Origin: Cyanobacteria bacterium P01_A01_bin.123
Lineage (GTDB): Bacteria > Cyanobacteriota > Cyanobacteriia > Phormidesmidales > Phormidesmidaceae
DNA: 64,000 nt
Assembly: GCA_039815185.1 (NCBI GenBank)
Contig: JBCBZT010000006.1
Span: 128,001 to 192,000, forward strand
Direction of reading: 5' to 3'
Of the stretch, positions 30,020-40,716 are shown one piece after another. The stretch's first letter is position 1, and every line of letters begins with the position of its first letter. Under the pieces are notes generated by a model that saw only the letters and a list, made by a program, of their open reading frames with translations, ran no database searches and was not told the DNA's origin. The position numbers were made by a program, and so were the translations under genes.

Positions 30020-30520
30020 TTGAACAACAACTTTACGTATGTCCCTGTATTGTCCGGTGTTTCCCAGATGCCAAGTAAGGCTGAGGGCACAACCTATCTC
30101 ATTAAGCTCCACGCCTACAATCAAGAACATTTATTTGGCTCGGTTCAAAGGGGTTCGGTTTGTCTCAACGATATTGGTCACATTGCAGCAGACGAATGGG
30201 TGCAATCATCTCGAAATCGTCAGGAGATTGAGCTAGACGGTTGGGCCATACTGCCCAACTATATTCAAGGGATTGTCGTTGTTCAACCCAAAATCGCAAT
30301 TCGAGAAGCTGCAGGTTACGACCAAATCCGACAGGTTCAAAAGCCGCGATCGCTCTCCGCCTTTGTTGCCGGGTTCAAAGCTGCCGCTGCTAAGCGCATC
30401 AACCTATTACGCAATAATCCTGGGTTGCCCGTTTGGGAACGCAGCTACCGTGAACGGTTGCTTTACACCCCTGCACAGCTCGACTACACCCGTCAAAGCC
30501 TGCAAGAATACCCGTTGTAA
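30020..30520 (+). CDS. REP-associated tyrosine transposase (Y1/HUH) homologue with catalytic residues replaced
   Basis: LFG...LNDIGHIAADEW...IELDGWAILPN, SLSAFVAGFK, KRIN, PVWERSY match RAYT-type proteins; PNHxH reads PNYIQ and YIxxNP reads SLQEYP. Confidence 0.75.
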   Translation: MNNNFTYVPVLSGVSQMPSKAEGTTYLIKLHAYNQEHLFGSVQRGSVCLNDIGHIAADEWVQSSRNRQEIELDGWAILPNYIQGIVVVQPKIAIREAAGYDQIRQVQKPRSLSAFVAGFKAAAAKRINLLRNNPGLPVWERSYRERLLYTPAQLDYTRQSLQEYPL

Positions 30521-30647
30521 ATCGGGCTTACGGCAAGCTTCATTTCAACTGAAAGCTTGACCACATCGAGATCCGTCATTTTCCCCCTGAGCTAAAAATT
30601 TCTCCTCCGGAAACGCTGCGCGAACAGGTTTTCAATCCGGATAGGGT

Positions 30648-31175
30648 TTAGACATCCAGTAGGCCAGCGGGCGGCTTGATTTCGACCCTTCCAGCTTCAA
30701 TATCAACCACGGGCACAATCGCTTCCACAAAGGGAACTAAAACTCGGCGCGGTTTTATCGCTGATGTTAATTCCACTTCCAACAAATCGTTGCCCGCACT
30801 AAACACGTCGACCACTACCCCAATCTCTGCCTGTTGGTGTTGGTCAAATACTCTTAACCCAATCAAATCAGCTACATGGTACTCATCGGCTTCTAGGGGT
30901 AAGCGATCGCCTTCAGGGACGAGCAGTTCACAATTGCGCAATTTCTCCGCTTGGTCGCGATGTTGGATGTCTGCAAATTTGATCACATATAACCCTTTAC
31001 CGTGCAAAAATCGCCCTTGCACTAACTGAATCGGTTTGGGGGTGGGGAAGGAGGGCGATCGCAACCAGCGCTGCCCCGGATCCAGAAACCGTTCTGGAAA
31101 GTCACTGTTAGGATAGACCCGAACCTCACCGTGGAGCCCATGGGGGGCAACAATTTTGCCAATGACTAGCCACAT
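30648..31175 (-). CDS. rimM: 16S rRNA processing protein RimM
   Basis: IGKIVAPHGLHGEVRV, EYHVADLIGL, GNDLLEV, LVPFV. Confidence 0.96.
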   Translation of the reverse strand: MWLVIGKIVAPHGLHGEVRVYPNSDFPERFLDPGQRWLRSPSFPTPKPIQLVQGRFLHGKGLYVIKFADIQHRDQAEKLRNCELLVPEGDRLPLEADEYHVADLIGLRVFDQHQQAEIGVVVDVFSAGNDLLEVELTSAIKPRRVLVPFVEAIVPVVDIEAGRVEIKPPAGLLDV

Positions 31176-31181
31176 AGGCGA

Positions 31182-32486
31182 TTAACCACTGACCGCCAAT
31201 TCTGGGGATTTGATCTGGCCTTGGCTGTAAATTTGGTCAACAACGCGAGCCAAGTGTCCCATGCCGGCAACAATCTCTTCATCCGTTGCGGTCAGGCTGA
31301 TTCGAATGCACTGCTGGGTATGGATCCAGTCATCTTTCATGCCGGGGAAGAAGGGACTACCCGGCACAGCAATCACACCATGTTGCTTGAGTTCCTGATA
31401 GAGTTGCCAATCGCTAACGGGTAAGTCTTTGAACCACAACCAGGCAAAGATTGACCCTTCCCCCCGATGCATATACCAAGGGACTGCATCCGGCATAGCA
31501 TTGTCAAGGGCAGCTTCGAGAACTTCAAATTTGTGTTGGTAGTGGGGGCGAATCACGTTGAGAGAAATGTCTGCTAAGGCACCCGAGGCGATCGCGCGGG
31601 CGGCAATCGCCTGTCCATAGCGCGACGAGTGAATACACAGATTAGTTTGGAAAGATTCCAACACCTGAATCATGCGTTCGTCGCCAAGGGCAATGCCAAT
31701 GCGCTCACCGGGTAACCCTGCCTTCGACAGGCTGATGCAGTGCACCATGTTGGGTTCAAACAGCGGCGTCATCTCGGTGTAGTTCAAAGCCGGGAAGGGG
31801 GGAGCATAGGCTGAATCGACGAGCACCGGGACGTTGTGGGGGGCAGCTAGGGCAGCAATTCGGCGCACTTCATCATCGCTGAGCACGTTGCCTGTCGGGT
31901 TACACGGGCGAGAGAATAACACAAACCCTGTATTTTCGTTAATTTCAAGCTGATTAAAATCGGGGCGATATTTGAATCGGTGGGGTTCGTTGCCAATCTC
32001 GATGGCGGGTTTGTAAGCTTTGAGTGCCTCTGGAATTAGCGTCACCCCACCATAGCCAGTGTAGTCAGGGCTGAGGGGTAGCACAATTTCTTTCAGCTGG
32101 CCGGCACTGCTGTAGCCCCCTAATGCATTGGCAGCAAAGAAATAGAGGGCCTGACTGCCGGGGGTGATCAAAATATTGCGATCGCTCAGGGATAACCCAT
32201 AGCGGTTGTTAAAATCGTTTAAGACAGCATCAATAAAGGGCTGATACCCTTGACTAGAGCCATAGCGGCAGACCACCTCGCCATAATCATCACTGGCCAA
32301 CAAATCGGCGGTACAGTCGCGCCAAAGCTGTTCGACTTCCGGCAAGATCACCGGATTCCCTGCACTCAAATTAATAAACTCTCGACCTTCCCCGGCGTGC
32401 AGGGTTTCAATGATATCTTTCATAATCGCCCGCACCCCAGTTAGGTGGGACATCTGATCGCCAAATTGAGTGAGTGCAGGATTCAT
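31182..32486 (-). CDS. avtA: Valine--pyruvate transaminase
   Basis: INLSAGNP, SRPCNPTGN, DSAY, SLSKAGLPGERIG PLP lysine motif. Confidence 0.92.
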   Translation of the reverse strand: MNPALTQFGDQMSHLTGVRAIMKDIIETLHAGEGREFINLSAGNPVILPEVEQLWRDCTADLLASDDYGEVVCRYGSSQGYQPFIDAVLNDFNNRYGLSLSDRNILITPGSQALYFFAANALGGYSSAGQLKEIVLPLSPDYTGYGGVTLIPEALKAYKPAIEIGNEPHRFKYRPDFNQLEINENTGFVLFSRPCNPTGNVLSDDEVRRIAALAAPHNVPVLVDSAYAPPFPALNYTEMTPLFEPNMVHCISLSKAGLPGERIGIALGDERMIQVLESFQTNLCIHSSRYGQAIAARAIASGALADISLNVIRPHYQHKFEVLEAALDNAMPDAVPWYMHRGEGSIFAWLWFKDLPVSDWQLYQELKQHGVIAVPGSPFFPGMKDDWIHTQQCIRISLTATDEEIVAGMGHLARVVDQIYSQGQIKSPELAVSG

Positions 32487-32948
32487 AGGAAAGGTTTCAG
32501 CAGGTCAGCAAATGAACTGAGTCGGCAAGCCATAAATATTCTTCCCAATATAGCGCGACCTTAGGGCGATTCATTTTTTGAGATTTTGTTCAAAACCAAC
32601 GATACCCTTTCAGAATCAGCCTTTAACCCACGATCGATTTTTATTACAGCCCAGGCCTTGAGGCCACTTAGAGCAAATCTGTGAATTCCGCTTAATTGTC
32701 ATCAAAGGGTGGCGGATGTGGGGCCCAATGCCGTCTGGAGGCTCTAAAATTCAGCATCCATTTTTATAAAATTACCTGACTGACCCAGACAACAAATCCT
32801 ACCCGTGAAAAAACGCTTAGAGTTCTTACACAACCGTAACGATTATCCCGATTTCTAGAGTATCTTCTCTACAGTGTTAAAAGTTTTACGCTAGTCAGCT
32901 TTGCTAGTTATTCCTGATTTATAAGTTCCCATTGCCGTTCTAAGCCCT

Positions 32949-35141
32949 ATGAATTCGATTACCCAACTCCGGACTCGTCTGCCGATCCCCTTACGCCGTC
33001 TTGCCGATTTGGCCTACAACTACTGGTGGAGTTGGACTACCGAAAGGATTTCCCTGTTTAGCATCATTGCGCCGACCATGTGGAAAAATTGCCAGCATAA
33101 CCCCGTCGCGTTGCTAGAGTCAGTTCCCTATGAACGGCTATCACAGGTGGCTGAAGATCCTCAATACCTCAGGCGTTTGGGGCGGTTAGCCCAGCAGTTT
33201 GATATCTATATGGCCGAGCAAGACACCTGGTCGAATCGAGTTGCGCCTCATATTTCCCCAGAACAACCCATTGCCTATTTTTGCGCCGAGTTTGGGATAC
33301 ATGAATCTCTACCGATTTACTGCGGTGGCTTAGGGGTGTTGGCAGGCGATCATCTTAAATCCGCCTCTGATTTGGGGGTGCCCATGGTTGGGATTGGATT
33401 GTTTTATCGCCAGGGCTATTTTCGCCAGCGGTTGAACCGCAGTGGTTGGCAAGAAGATCATTACGTTGATAATGACTTTGATCACATGCCCCTGGAACTG
33501 GTGCGCGATGAGTTTGGGCAACCCGTGACTGTGCGGGTGAACATTCGCCAGCGGTTGGTGCGGGTACAGGTTTGGCGGGCTCGTATTGGTCGGGTCGATT
33601 TATATCTCTTGGATACCGATCGCGAAGATAATGACACGATTGATCGCTGGTTGACGGGCCATCTCTACGGCGGTAACCGAGAAACGCGTATTGGCCAAGA
33701 GATTTTACTGGGTATTGGCGGTGTGCGGGTGCTCAATGCGTTGGAAATTGAGCCATCGGTGTACCACCTCAACGAAGGCCATGCAGCCTTTGCGTTGTTA
33801 GAAGTGGCTCGCCATGAGATAGATTACGCCGGAGAGTCGTTTTACGATGTCGAAAGCCGGGTGCGCGATCGCGCGGTATTTACCACCCATACCCCCGTTC
33901 CTGCTGGAAATGACACCTTCTCTGCAGACATGGTGGACTCCTTCTTTGCCGACTACTGGCCCCAACTCGGGTTATCGCGGGAGCAGTTCCAGGCATTGGG
34001 GGCACGGCGATTGGGCGATCCATGGGAGCCGTTTGGGATGACCGTGTTAGCCCTGCGTCTTACTCGCACGGCTAACGGGGTGAGCAAAAAACATGGCGAA
34101 ATTTCACGCCAAATGTGGAGTGCGCTCTACCCAGAGCGCAGTGAAGCTGAAGTGCCCATTGGCCACATTACTAACGGCGTCCATGCCCGCACCTGGATTG
34201 CCCCCTTGATCAGCGACCTTTATGACCAGTATTTGGGGGAAGGGTGGTCACAGCAAATCGGTAATGCCGAGATTTGGGCCAAGGTGGATACCATTCCCGA
34301 TGCTGAATTGTGGCAGCGTCATTGCATCTTGAAAGAGCGGTTAATTGCCTACAGTCGCGATTGTGTGCGTCGATGTCGCCAAGATCGTGGAGAAGCCCCC
34401 GATGATGTGGCCGCCGTCGATCAACTGCTGGATCCCAACACCCTGACCATCGGCTTTGCTCGTCGCTTTAGCCCCTATAAACGAGGCTACTTAATCTTTC
34501 GAGATTTCCAACGTTCGGTGCGGATTCTCTCCAATGCCAAGCGCCCAATTCAACTCGTTTTTGCAGGCAAGGCTCACCCCGCTGACGACGAAGGCAAACG
34601 AATTATCCAACGCTTGATGGAATGGTGTCGCCACCCAGCGTTAAGAGATCGGGTCGCCTTTGTCGAAGACTACGACATGACCACGGCTAAGTTAATGGTG
34701 CGCGGTGTAGATGTCTGGCTCAACAACCCTCGACGTCCGCTAGAAGCGTCGGGAACCAGTGGTCAAAAGGTATGCCTCAATGGCGGTATCAACTGTAGCG
34801 TACTCGACGGGTGGTGGTGTGAAGGTTACCAGCAAGACCGTAAAGGTCGGGGAATCAATGGCTGGGTGATCGGAGAAGACGCCAATACCAGTGATCAAGA
34901 GCTGCAAGATCAAATTGACGCAGAGTCGTTATATAGCATCCTTGAACGGGATATGGCACGGCTTTACTATGACCGTGATGCTCAGGGCATTCCCAAGGGC
35001 TGGGTGAAAATGATGAAAGCCTCTATACATACCTGTGCCCCGGTGTTTAATACCGATCGCATGGTAGCCGAATATGTGACCCGCATTTATGCGCCGGATG
35101 TTGCTGCTACAGAGCCGGTGTTGAGCAGTGTGATTGCATAA
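32949..35141 (+). CDS. glgP: Alpha-glucan (glycogen) phosphorylase
   Basis: AYFCAEFG, GGLGVLAGDHLKSASD, HLNEGH, EASGTSGQK. Confidence 0.96.
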   Translation: MNSITQLRTRLPIPLRRLADLAYNYWWSWTTERISLFSIIAPTMWKNCQHNPVALLESVPYERLSQVAEDPQYLRRLGRLAQQFDIYMAEQDTWSNRVAPHISPEQPIAYFCAEFGIHESLPIYCGGLGVLAGDHLKSASDLGVPMVGIGLFYRQGYFRQRLNRSGWQEDHYVDNDFDHMPLELVRDEFGQPVTVRVNIRQRLVRVQVWRARIGRVDLYLLDTDREDNDTIDRWLTGHLYGGNRETRIGQEILLGIGGVRVLNALEIEPSVYHLNEGHAAFALLEVARHEIDYAGESFYDVESRVRDRAVFTTHTPVPAGNDTFSADMVDSFFADYWPQLGLSREQFQALGARRLGDPWEPFGMTVLALRLTRTANGVSKKHGEISRQMWSALYPERSEAEVPIGHITNGVHARTWIAPLISDLYDQYLGEGWSQQIGNAEIWAKVDTIPDAELWQRHCILKERLIAYSRDCVRRCRQDRGEAPDDVAAVDQLLDPNTLTIGFARRFSPYKRGYLIFRDFQRSVRILSNAKRPIQLVFAGKAHPADDEGKRIIQRLMEWCRHPALRDRVAFVEDYDMTTAKLMVRGVDVWLNNPRRPLEASGTSGQKVCLNGGINCSVLDGWWCEGYQQDRKGRGINGWVIGEDANTSDQELQDQIDAESLYSILERDMARLYYDRDAQGIPKGWVKMMKASIHTCAPVFNTDRMVAEYVTRIYAPDVAATEPVLSSVIA

Positions 35142-35166
35142 AGGGGGATGGGTAAGGAATCAGGTG

Positions 35167-36033
35167 ATGGCAGCCATTAACATTTGGCAAGCAGATTTTT
35201 ATCGTCGTCCTTTGCAAAGCAGCGATGGGCAACCCCTTTGGGAATTGCTGGTGTGTAGTGCTGATCAGCAGTTTACCTATGGTGCTACCTGTGAACAGTC
35301 CGCTGCCAATGCTCAGTGGTTGATTGACCAGTTGACTGTGGCAGTGGCGCGATGGTCAAAGGCTGGCTTGGGGGAATCATCGCATCAGCGGCCCGAGCAA
35401 ATTCAGGTATTTCGTCCCCAAAGTTTAAGTCTGATTCAGGCTGCTGGGGAAAGCCTGGGCATTCTGGTGCAGCCAAACCGAGCTACACCTGCGTTAAAGC
35501 GCTGGTTAGGACAGCGGGCAACCTGGTATGCGACCTTACCGGGCTACACTGGGGAAGCTTATGATCCATTAGCCATTGATCGACCGCCACCGAATCCTTT
35601 GCCAGAACATCTGTGGGGAGATCAGTGGCGGTTTGCGGCGATCGCCGCAAATGAATTCCAACAAACCTTTCCCTATGAACCGATTCCGGTTCAAGACTTG
35701 CCGGCAGAAAAACTGCCACTGGCTTTGGGGCTCTCTAGCACGACTTTAATTCCCGGTGTTGTGATTGACGCTGGACGGCAGGCTATGCCGCTGGCGCTTT
35801 GGCTACAAGCAGCACAACCGGTTTCACTTAATGCCATGGCAGGCGCACCGAATGGGCTAATTTTGGAAGCGGGCTTAGCGGATCGTTGGATTGTAGCCAC
35901 CTTTGACGACGCGACAGTGACCACCGCCGCCAAAACTTTTGAACAGCGAAAACAACAAAGTCAAGGATTACACTTTTTGCTGGTGCGACCCGATGATTCA
36001 GGGATGACTCACACAGGAATTTGGTTGCTATGA
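35167..36033 (+). CDS. Tab2/Atab2 family RNA-binding protein
   Basis: IWQADFYRRPL, WELLVC, GLHFLLVRPDDSGMTHTGIWLL. Confidence 0.88.
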   Translation: MAAINIWQADFYRRPLQSSDGQPLWELLVCSADQQFTYGATCEQSAANAQWLIDQLTVAVARWSKAGLGESSHQRPEQIQVFRPQSLSLIQAAGESLGILVQPNRATPALKRWLGQRATWYATLPGYTGEAYDPLAIDRPPPNPLPEHLWGDQWRFAAIAANEFQQTFPYEPIPVQDLPAEKLPLALGLSSTTLIPGVVIDAGRQAMPLALWLQAAQPVSLNAMAGAPNGLILEAGLADRWIVATFDDATVTTAAKTFEQRKQQSQGLHFLLVRPDDSGMTHTGIWLL

Positions 36034-36058
36034 GGGAACTTTGAATTATCCCTTCTGG

Positions 36059-36499
36059 TTACGGTAATCCCTTTATCATACAGGTAGCGGCATCTGGGCA
36101 AAGCTCTCGAAATTGCGCCGTCTCCTTGATTGCAGGGGGAGCAGCGGCACGGTCAACGGTTGCGTAGCCTAACTTTGCGAAATAATCTTTTGCAGTTGTG
36201 GTTAGCAAGTACAGCGTTTTGACGCCTTGCTGCTGGGCATAGCGTTCTGCATTGTCGACTAAAATCTTACCCAACTGCTTACGACGGTGGGGTTGGGCAA
36301 CGGCCAGCGATCGCAGTAGCCCAACCTCTCCATAGCATTCAACGCCAACGACGCCGACAATCACTCGCTCTGAAGCCGATCGCGCCGTCAAAAAGTGAGC
36401 CAGCTTTTGGGGGTTTAAATCACTGTGCGGCAGGGCAGATTCATCTAACAGAGCCCGGACAGACGGCTCATCAGACGGATTGACGGGATAAATGTCCAT
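36059..36499 (-). CDS. GNAT N-acetyltransferase, ArsN2-like
   Basis: GLLRSLAV, LYLLTTTA, QFRELCP. Confidence 0.85.
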   Translation of the reverse strand: MDIYPVNPSDEPSVRALLDESALPHSDLNPQKLAHFLTARSASERVIVGVVGVECYGEVGLLRSLAVAQPHRRKQLGKILVDNAERYAQQQGVKTLYLLTTTAKDYFAKLGYATVDRAAAPPAIKETAQFRELCPDAATCMIKGLP

Positions 36500-36578
36500 A
36501 GATGATAAATTTAGCCGTTGCCAGCTGCTCTTAACAAATTCAAAAGCGCTGCTCAGGGGAGTTTTGGAGGTCAGGCCT

Positions 36579-36944
36579 TTAGTTGAACACGTCTAGATCC
36601 AAAGCTTCAGAACCGCCTTCTTCCAAGGTTTTGAGATTGCGGCCAAGCTGTACCCACACCAATAGGCCAATCAATAAGGTCATGGGGAGTCCGAAGGCAT
36701 AGGAGATCTTATCGGGTACGCCAAACAGCGATATTCCTGATGATAAGAACACACAGGTGCCAATACAAATACCAATAAACGGAACCATCAGGGATAATCC
36801 TTGGAGATTAGCCAGGGTCTGGGTGCTACGGTTAGCGGCCCAGTCTTTCACCCCTTGCTGCAGGGTAGCGCTAAAGGCAGCACCAGCCGCGATCGCCGAC
36901 AGCAGGCCAGCAGCAACTAAAACGAATGGAGGATTGAAGTACAC
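36579..36944 (-). CDS. Conserved cyanobacterial membrane protein
   Basis: Three TM segments, C-terminal GGSEALDLD. Confidence 0.75.
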   Translation of the reverse strand: MYFNPPFVLVAAGLLSAIAAGAAFSATLQQGVKDWAANRSTQTLANLQGLSLMVPFIGICIGTCVFLSSGISLFGVPDKISYAFGLPMTLLIGLLVWVQLGRNLKTLEEGGSEALDLDVFN

Positions 36945-37094
36945 GGGTTAAATGCCAGATATTTGTAAATGATTGTAAATCCTGGCCGATCACTTGATCA
37001 ACTCGATCTTTAATGTCATTCAACTCTACAGTTTCCCCAGTAGGGGTGCAAAGCGCCGCGCCTCTAATCAGCCCTTAAATCAGATAGGGTTTGA

Positions 37095-38810
37095 CTACCG
37101 AGATGGAGATTGGAATGCCGTGGCCATATCTGCAACATTAGGCACTAACGCCGCTGCTCGCTCCATAGAAAAGTCAGATATTGCTCCCCAAGCCGCCCCC
37201 AGCAAACGAGAAGGCGTCATCTCATCTTTGACGAGTTCCCAAAGCCGCTGCACCTCTTCGGTATGAATGCGGTCGTCATCAATTAGGGCAATCAACAGTT
37301 CACGCCGCAGATATTGGCCTTCTTCGGACATGAGATATTGCAACCCCAAACTCGCCGTCGGAATCAGGTCAAAACTACCGCCTGAACGGGCGATGGTGAG
37401 CATGTTTTCCAACCGCTGCCACTGAAACTTGCCGTCTTTGAACAAGACTTCCAACAGCCGCTGTCTTAGGGAAGGCGTTTCCCCGGTTAATAGCCGTCGT
37501 GCCACATAGGGATAGGCAATATCAACGATTTTGAAGTTGGGGTTGAGGCTCAACGCCAAACCTTCTTGAGTGACCAACGAGCGGATGATCAAAGCAAACT
37601 TAGCGGGAACGCGAAACGGATAGTCGTACATCAGCTCCGAAAAGCGATCGGTGATGGTCTTAAAGTTAAAATCACCGACACTAGCCCCGACGGCATCGCC
37701 CAAGACAGCCTCTAGAGCTGGCAGGATAGGATGAATATCAACATCTGGGGTCAAAAAGCCGAGTTTTACAAAATCCTGAGCCAGCCGTTCATAGTCTCGA
37801 TTAATCAGATGAACCACAGAGTCAACTAGGGTTTCTTTAGTCTCCTGGTCAAGTTGATCCATCATGCCAAAGTCAATGAAGGCCATGCGGCCATCAGGCA
37901 TAGCAAATAGGTTGCCGGGGTGAGGATCGGCGTGAAAAAAGCCAAATTCTAAAAGTTGCCGTAACCCAGAACTGACGCCAACTTCAATCAGCTCATCGCT
38001 GTCTAGCCCTGCCGCCTTCACTTTTTCCACATCGGTGAGTTTGCAGCCGTTAATCCACTCTAAAGTCAAAACTCGACGGCTGCTGTAGCGCCAGTAGATC
38101 GCAGGCACCTTAACTTTGGGGTCATCTTGAAAGTTAGCGGCAAAGGCTTCGGCATTACGGCCTTCATTCAGGTAGTCGATTTCTTCAAACAGCTTGCTGC
38201 CAAACTCATCGACAATCAGCGTTAAGTCATGACCCAAGTTGAGGGGCAAATAGGGAGACAACCAACCTGCTCCCAACCGCAGCAAAAACAGGTCTAGGGT
38301 AATGCGCGGCACCAAATTAGGACGCTGCACTTTGACTGCCACTTCTTCGCCACTGTAGAGGCGGGCGCGATAGACCTGGCCTAGGCTAGCAGCCGCAACG
38401 GGTTCACCTGATATAAAGCTGTAGGCTTCGTCTGGTGTCCGGCCAATTTCAGCCTCAATGATGCGAAAAGCAAGCTCCGTAGAAAAAGGAGGGAGCTGAT
38501 CTTGTAACTTAATTAGCTCGTCTAGAAAATTTTGTCGAACCAAATCTGGCCGGGTAGAGAGGGCCTGTCCAACCTTGATAAACGTCGGGCCTAAGTGGGT
38601 TAAAACGTTCCGGAGCTGAACAGCCCGTTTGCTTTTGTTGGCGTGTTCTTGTTTAAGCCAGCGATCGCACTGGAGGGCAAAAACAAAACTCCCCAAGAAC
38701 CAAAGGATTTGTAAGGTTCGCCAAAGGACTTTCCAGGGTCGACGGCGATAGTACCGAGCAATGGCGGCTGCGTCGTACCGCCTCAACTGAGCAGACTGGG
38801 ATTCGAGCAC
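37095..38810 (-). CDS. AarF/ABC1/UbiB family atypical kinase
   Basis: LGPTFIKVGQALSTRPD, AAASLGQVY, VAVKVQRP, FHADPHPGN, IDFGMM. Confidence 0.95.
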   Translation of the reverse strand: MLESQSAQLRRYDAAAIARYYRRRPWKVLWRTLQILWFLGSFVFALQCDRWLKQEHANKSKRAVQLRNVLTHLGPTFIKVGQALSTRPDLVRQNFLDELIKLQDQLPPFSTELAFRIIEAEIGRTPDEAYSFISGEPVAAASLGQVYRARLYSGEEVAVKVQRPNLVPRITLDLFLLRLGAGWLSPYLPLNLGHDLTLIVDEFGSKLFEEIDYLNEGRNAEAFAANFQDDPKVKVPAIYWRYSSRRVLTLEWINGCKLTDVEKVKAAGLDSDELIEVGVSSGLRQLLEFGFFHADPHPGNLFAMPDGRMAFIDFGMMDQLDQETKETLVDSVVHLINRDYERLAQDFVKLGFLTPDVDIHPILPALEAVLGDAVGASVGDFNFKTITDRFSELMYDYPFRVPAKFALIIRSLVTQEGLALSLNPNFKIVDIAYPYVARRLLTGETPSLRQRLLEVLFKDGKFQWQRLENMLTIARSGGSFDLIPTASLGLQYLMSEEGQYLRRELLIALIDDDRIHTEEVQRLWELVKDEMTPSRLLGAAWGAISDFSMERAAALVPNVADMATAFQSPSR

Positions 38811-39474
38811 GCTGCGTTAAGCCTCCCGCACCAAAACAAGGGAACAGTATCGAACTTCGTCCCCATCCAAATTGATGGCTTTTGCTTGAGCTGAAGACTC
38901 AAGTTCATCAATCGAATGTAGCTATCCAGAAACGGCACGACATGACCCCCAAAATTGGTACTGGTGAAATCAGTACGGTTGTGACTTGCTGAAACCCTTG
39001 AGCTTTAGCAAGCCTTCACGCTGTGGTTATCAAAAGCCTCTACAAAGGCTTTTCACAAATCATCGTGCCCTTAGGGACTCCCTTAATAATAGTATAGACA
39101 ACTACAAATAAGTCTGCTTTTAGAGGGTTTTTGGTTAAGTAATGTAATGTAACCCGAATCAGGTTTGTTGTCTGAAGACAACTCAATGAGAACGATTGAG
39201 GGATGTGTATGACGGCATTTGAATTCACTGATCTAAGCATTCCTGATATCAATTTTTCTTTGCCAATGGCGAATAAACCACTTCTTGTTTAAAGACTTAG
39301 ACAGGAAAGCAATTCCTTGAGTTTTGTAGCCGTAGCCACAAAGCTTTGTGCGCTATTGCAAGTCAGATTGCTTGTGGCCCCAGCATCTTGACGATACTCG
39401 GTGCATTAAGCAATCTGGTCAGCGCTATACCCAGAAACCCAAGGCAATAGGCAGGGTTTGAAGTCAACGGTTGC

Positions 39475-40617
39475 TCACACCAAACTTTCGGCTAAAGCAT
39501 CCTTCAAGGTGTGGACAACCTTTTCTTGTTGCTCAGCGGTTAATTCTGGAAACATGGGCAATGACAGCACTTGATTGGCTGCCTGTTCGGTGTTGGGAAA
39601 TTGTCCAGCTTTGTAAGGTAAATCGGCGTGGACGGCCTGTAGATGCAGCGGGATTGGATAGTACACCATGGAACTTACCCCTTCGCCTTGCATGTGCTGG
39701 CGGATGCGATCGCGCACCTCACTACTATCACTGGGGGCCGCCTCAATCAAAATTGTGTACTGGTTCCAAACGGCCTTACCCCCTTGACTCTCTGAGGGAC
39801 ACTGAATACCTGGAACTGGCGCAAGCAGCTGGTTGTAGCGCTTGGCAACAGTAGTGCGCTGCTGATTCCAATGCTCTAGGTGTTGTAGCTTGATGCTCAA
39901 AATAGCGGCTTGTAGGGCATCAAGGCGACTGTTAATGCCGATGGCGTCATGATAATACCTGACGCGGCTACCGTGTTCGGCAATCATTTTGGCGGTGTCG
40001 GCCAAGGTGCTATCAGCTGTGGTCAGAGCCCCCCCGTCGCCACAAGCGCCTAGATTTTTAGTAGGAAAGAAACTAAAGCAGCCGACATGGCCAATGCTGC
40101 CCACCCGTTGACCTTGCCACTCCGCACCTGTCGCCTGGGCACAGTCTTCAATCACCGGGAGATTATGGGCCGCTGCGATCGCCATGACCCGAGTCATATC
40201 GACTGGATGACCAAACAAATGCACTGGCATAATCGCCTTGGTGCGGGGTGTGATAGCAGATTCGATCTGGTCAACGTTCAAATTAAAGTTTGCCAGGTCG
40301 ATGTCCACAAATACCGGGGTTGCCCCCACCGCACAAATAGTTTCTGTGGTGGCAATGAAGGTAAACGGGGAGGTAATCACCTGATCGCCAGGGCCAATAT
40401 CGAGGGCTCGCAGGGCTAAGTACAGCGCGTCGGTGCCAGAATTGCAAACGACGCAGTGGGGATGGCCAACGTAGGTGCCAAACTGTTCGGCAAAGGTTGA
40501 AACGACGGGACCATTGATATAACGCCCTGAGGCCAGTACTTCCATCACAGCAGTACTGACAGCCGATTCTAGACCTTGATATTGTTGGGTTAAATCTAAG
40601 GGCGGGATAGTATTCAC
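39475..40617 (-). CDS. DegT/DnrJ/EryC1/StrS sugar aminotransferase
   Basis: NSGTDAL, IEDCAQA, FSFFPTKNLGACGDGG, NSRLDALQAA. Confidence 0.95.
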   Translation of the reverse strand: MNTIPPLDLTQQYQGLESAVSTAVMEVLASGRYINGPVVSTFAEQFGTYVGHPHCVVCNSGTDALYLALRALDIGPGDQVITSPFTFIATTETICAVGATPVFVDIDLANFNLNVDQIESAITPRTKAIMPVHLFGHPVDMTRVMAIAAAHNLPVIEDCAQATGAEWQGQRVGSIGHVGCFSFFPTKNLGACGDGGALTTADSTLADTAKMIAEHGSRVRYYHDAIGINSRLDALQAAILSIKLQHLEHWNQQRTTVAKRYNQLLAPVPGIQCPSESQGGKAVWNQYTILIEAAPSDSSEVRDRIRQHMQGEGVSSMVYYPIPLHLQAVHADLPYKAGQFPNTEQAANQVLSLPMFPELTAEQQEKVVHTLKDALAESLV

Positions 40618-40716
40618 TCACTCACACCAAATCACAGTTGCGGTAGCCTATGGGCACCGCCTTTATCATCGCCCATCTGATTGATTTGTTGGAACCCTTT
40701 GGGACAATTTATTCCG

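Noticed and set aside
30020..30520. Active IS200/IS605 element
   Set aside because: Catalytic residues absent; no tnpB or terminal hairpins recognised.
36059..36499. Arsenic resistance operon
   Set aside because: Only an isolated ArsN2-like acetyltransferase; no arsR/B/C nearby.
38811..39474. Gene or sRNA in the long ABC1-DegT spacer (70-aa ORF, short inverted repeats at 38958 and 39032)
   Set aside because: No RBS, family motif or clear terminator; cannot be supported from sequence alone.
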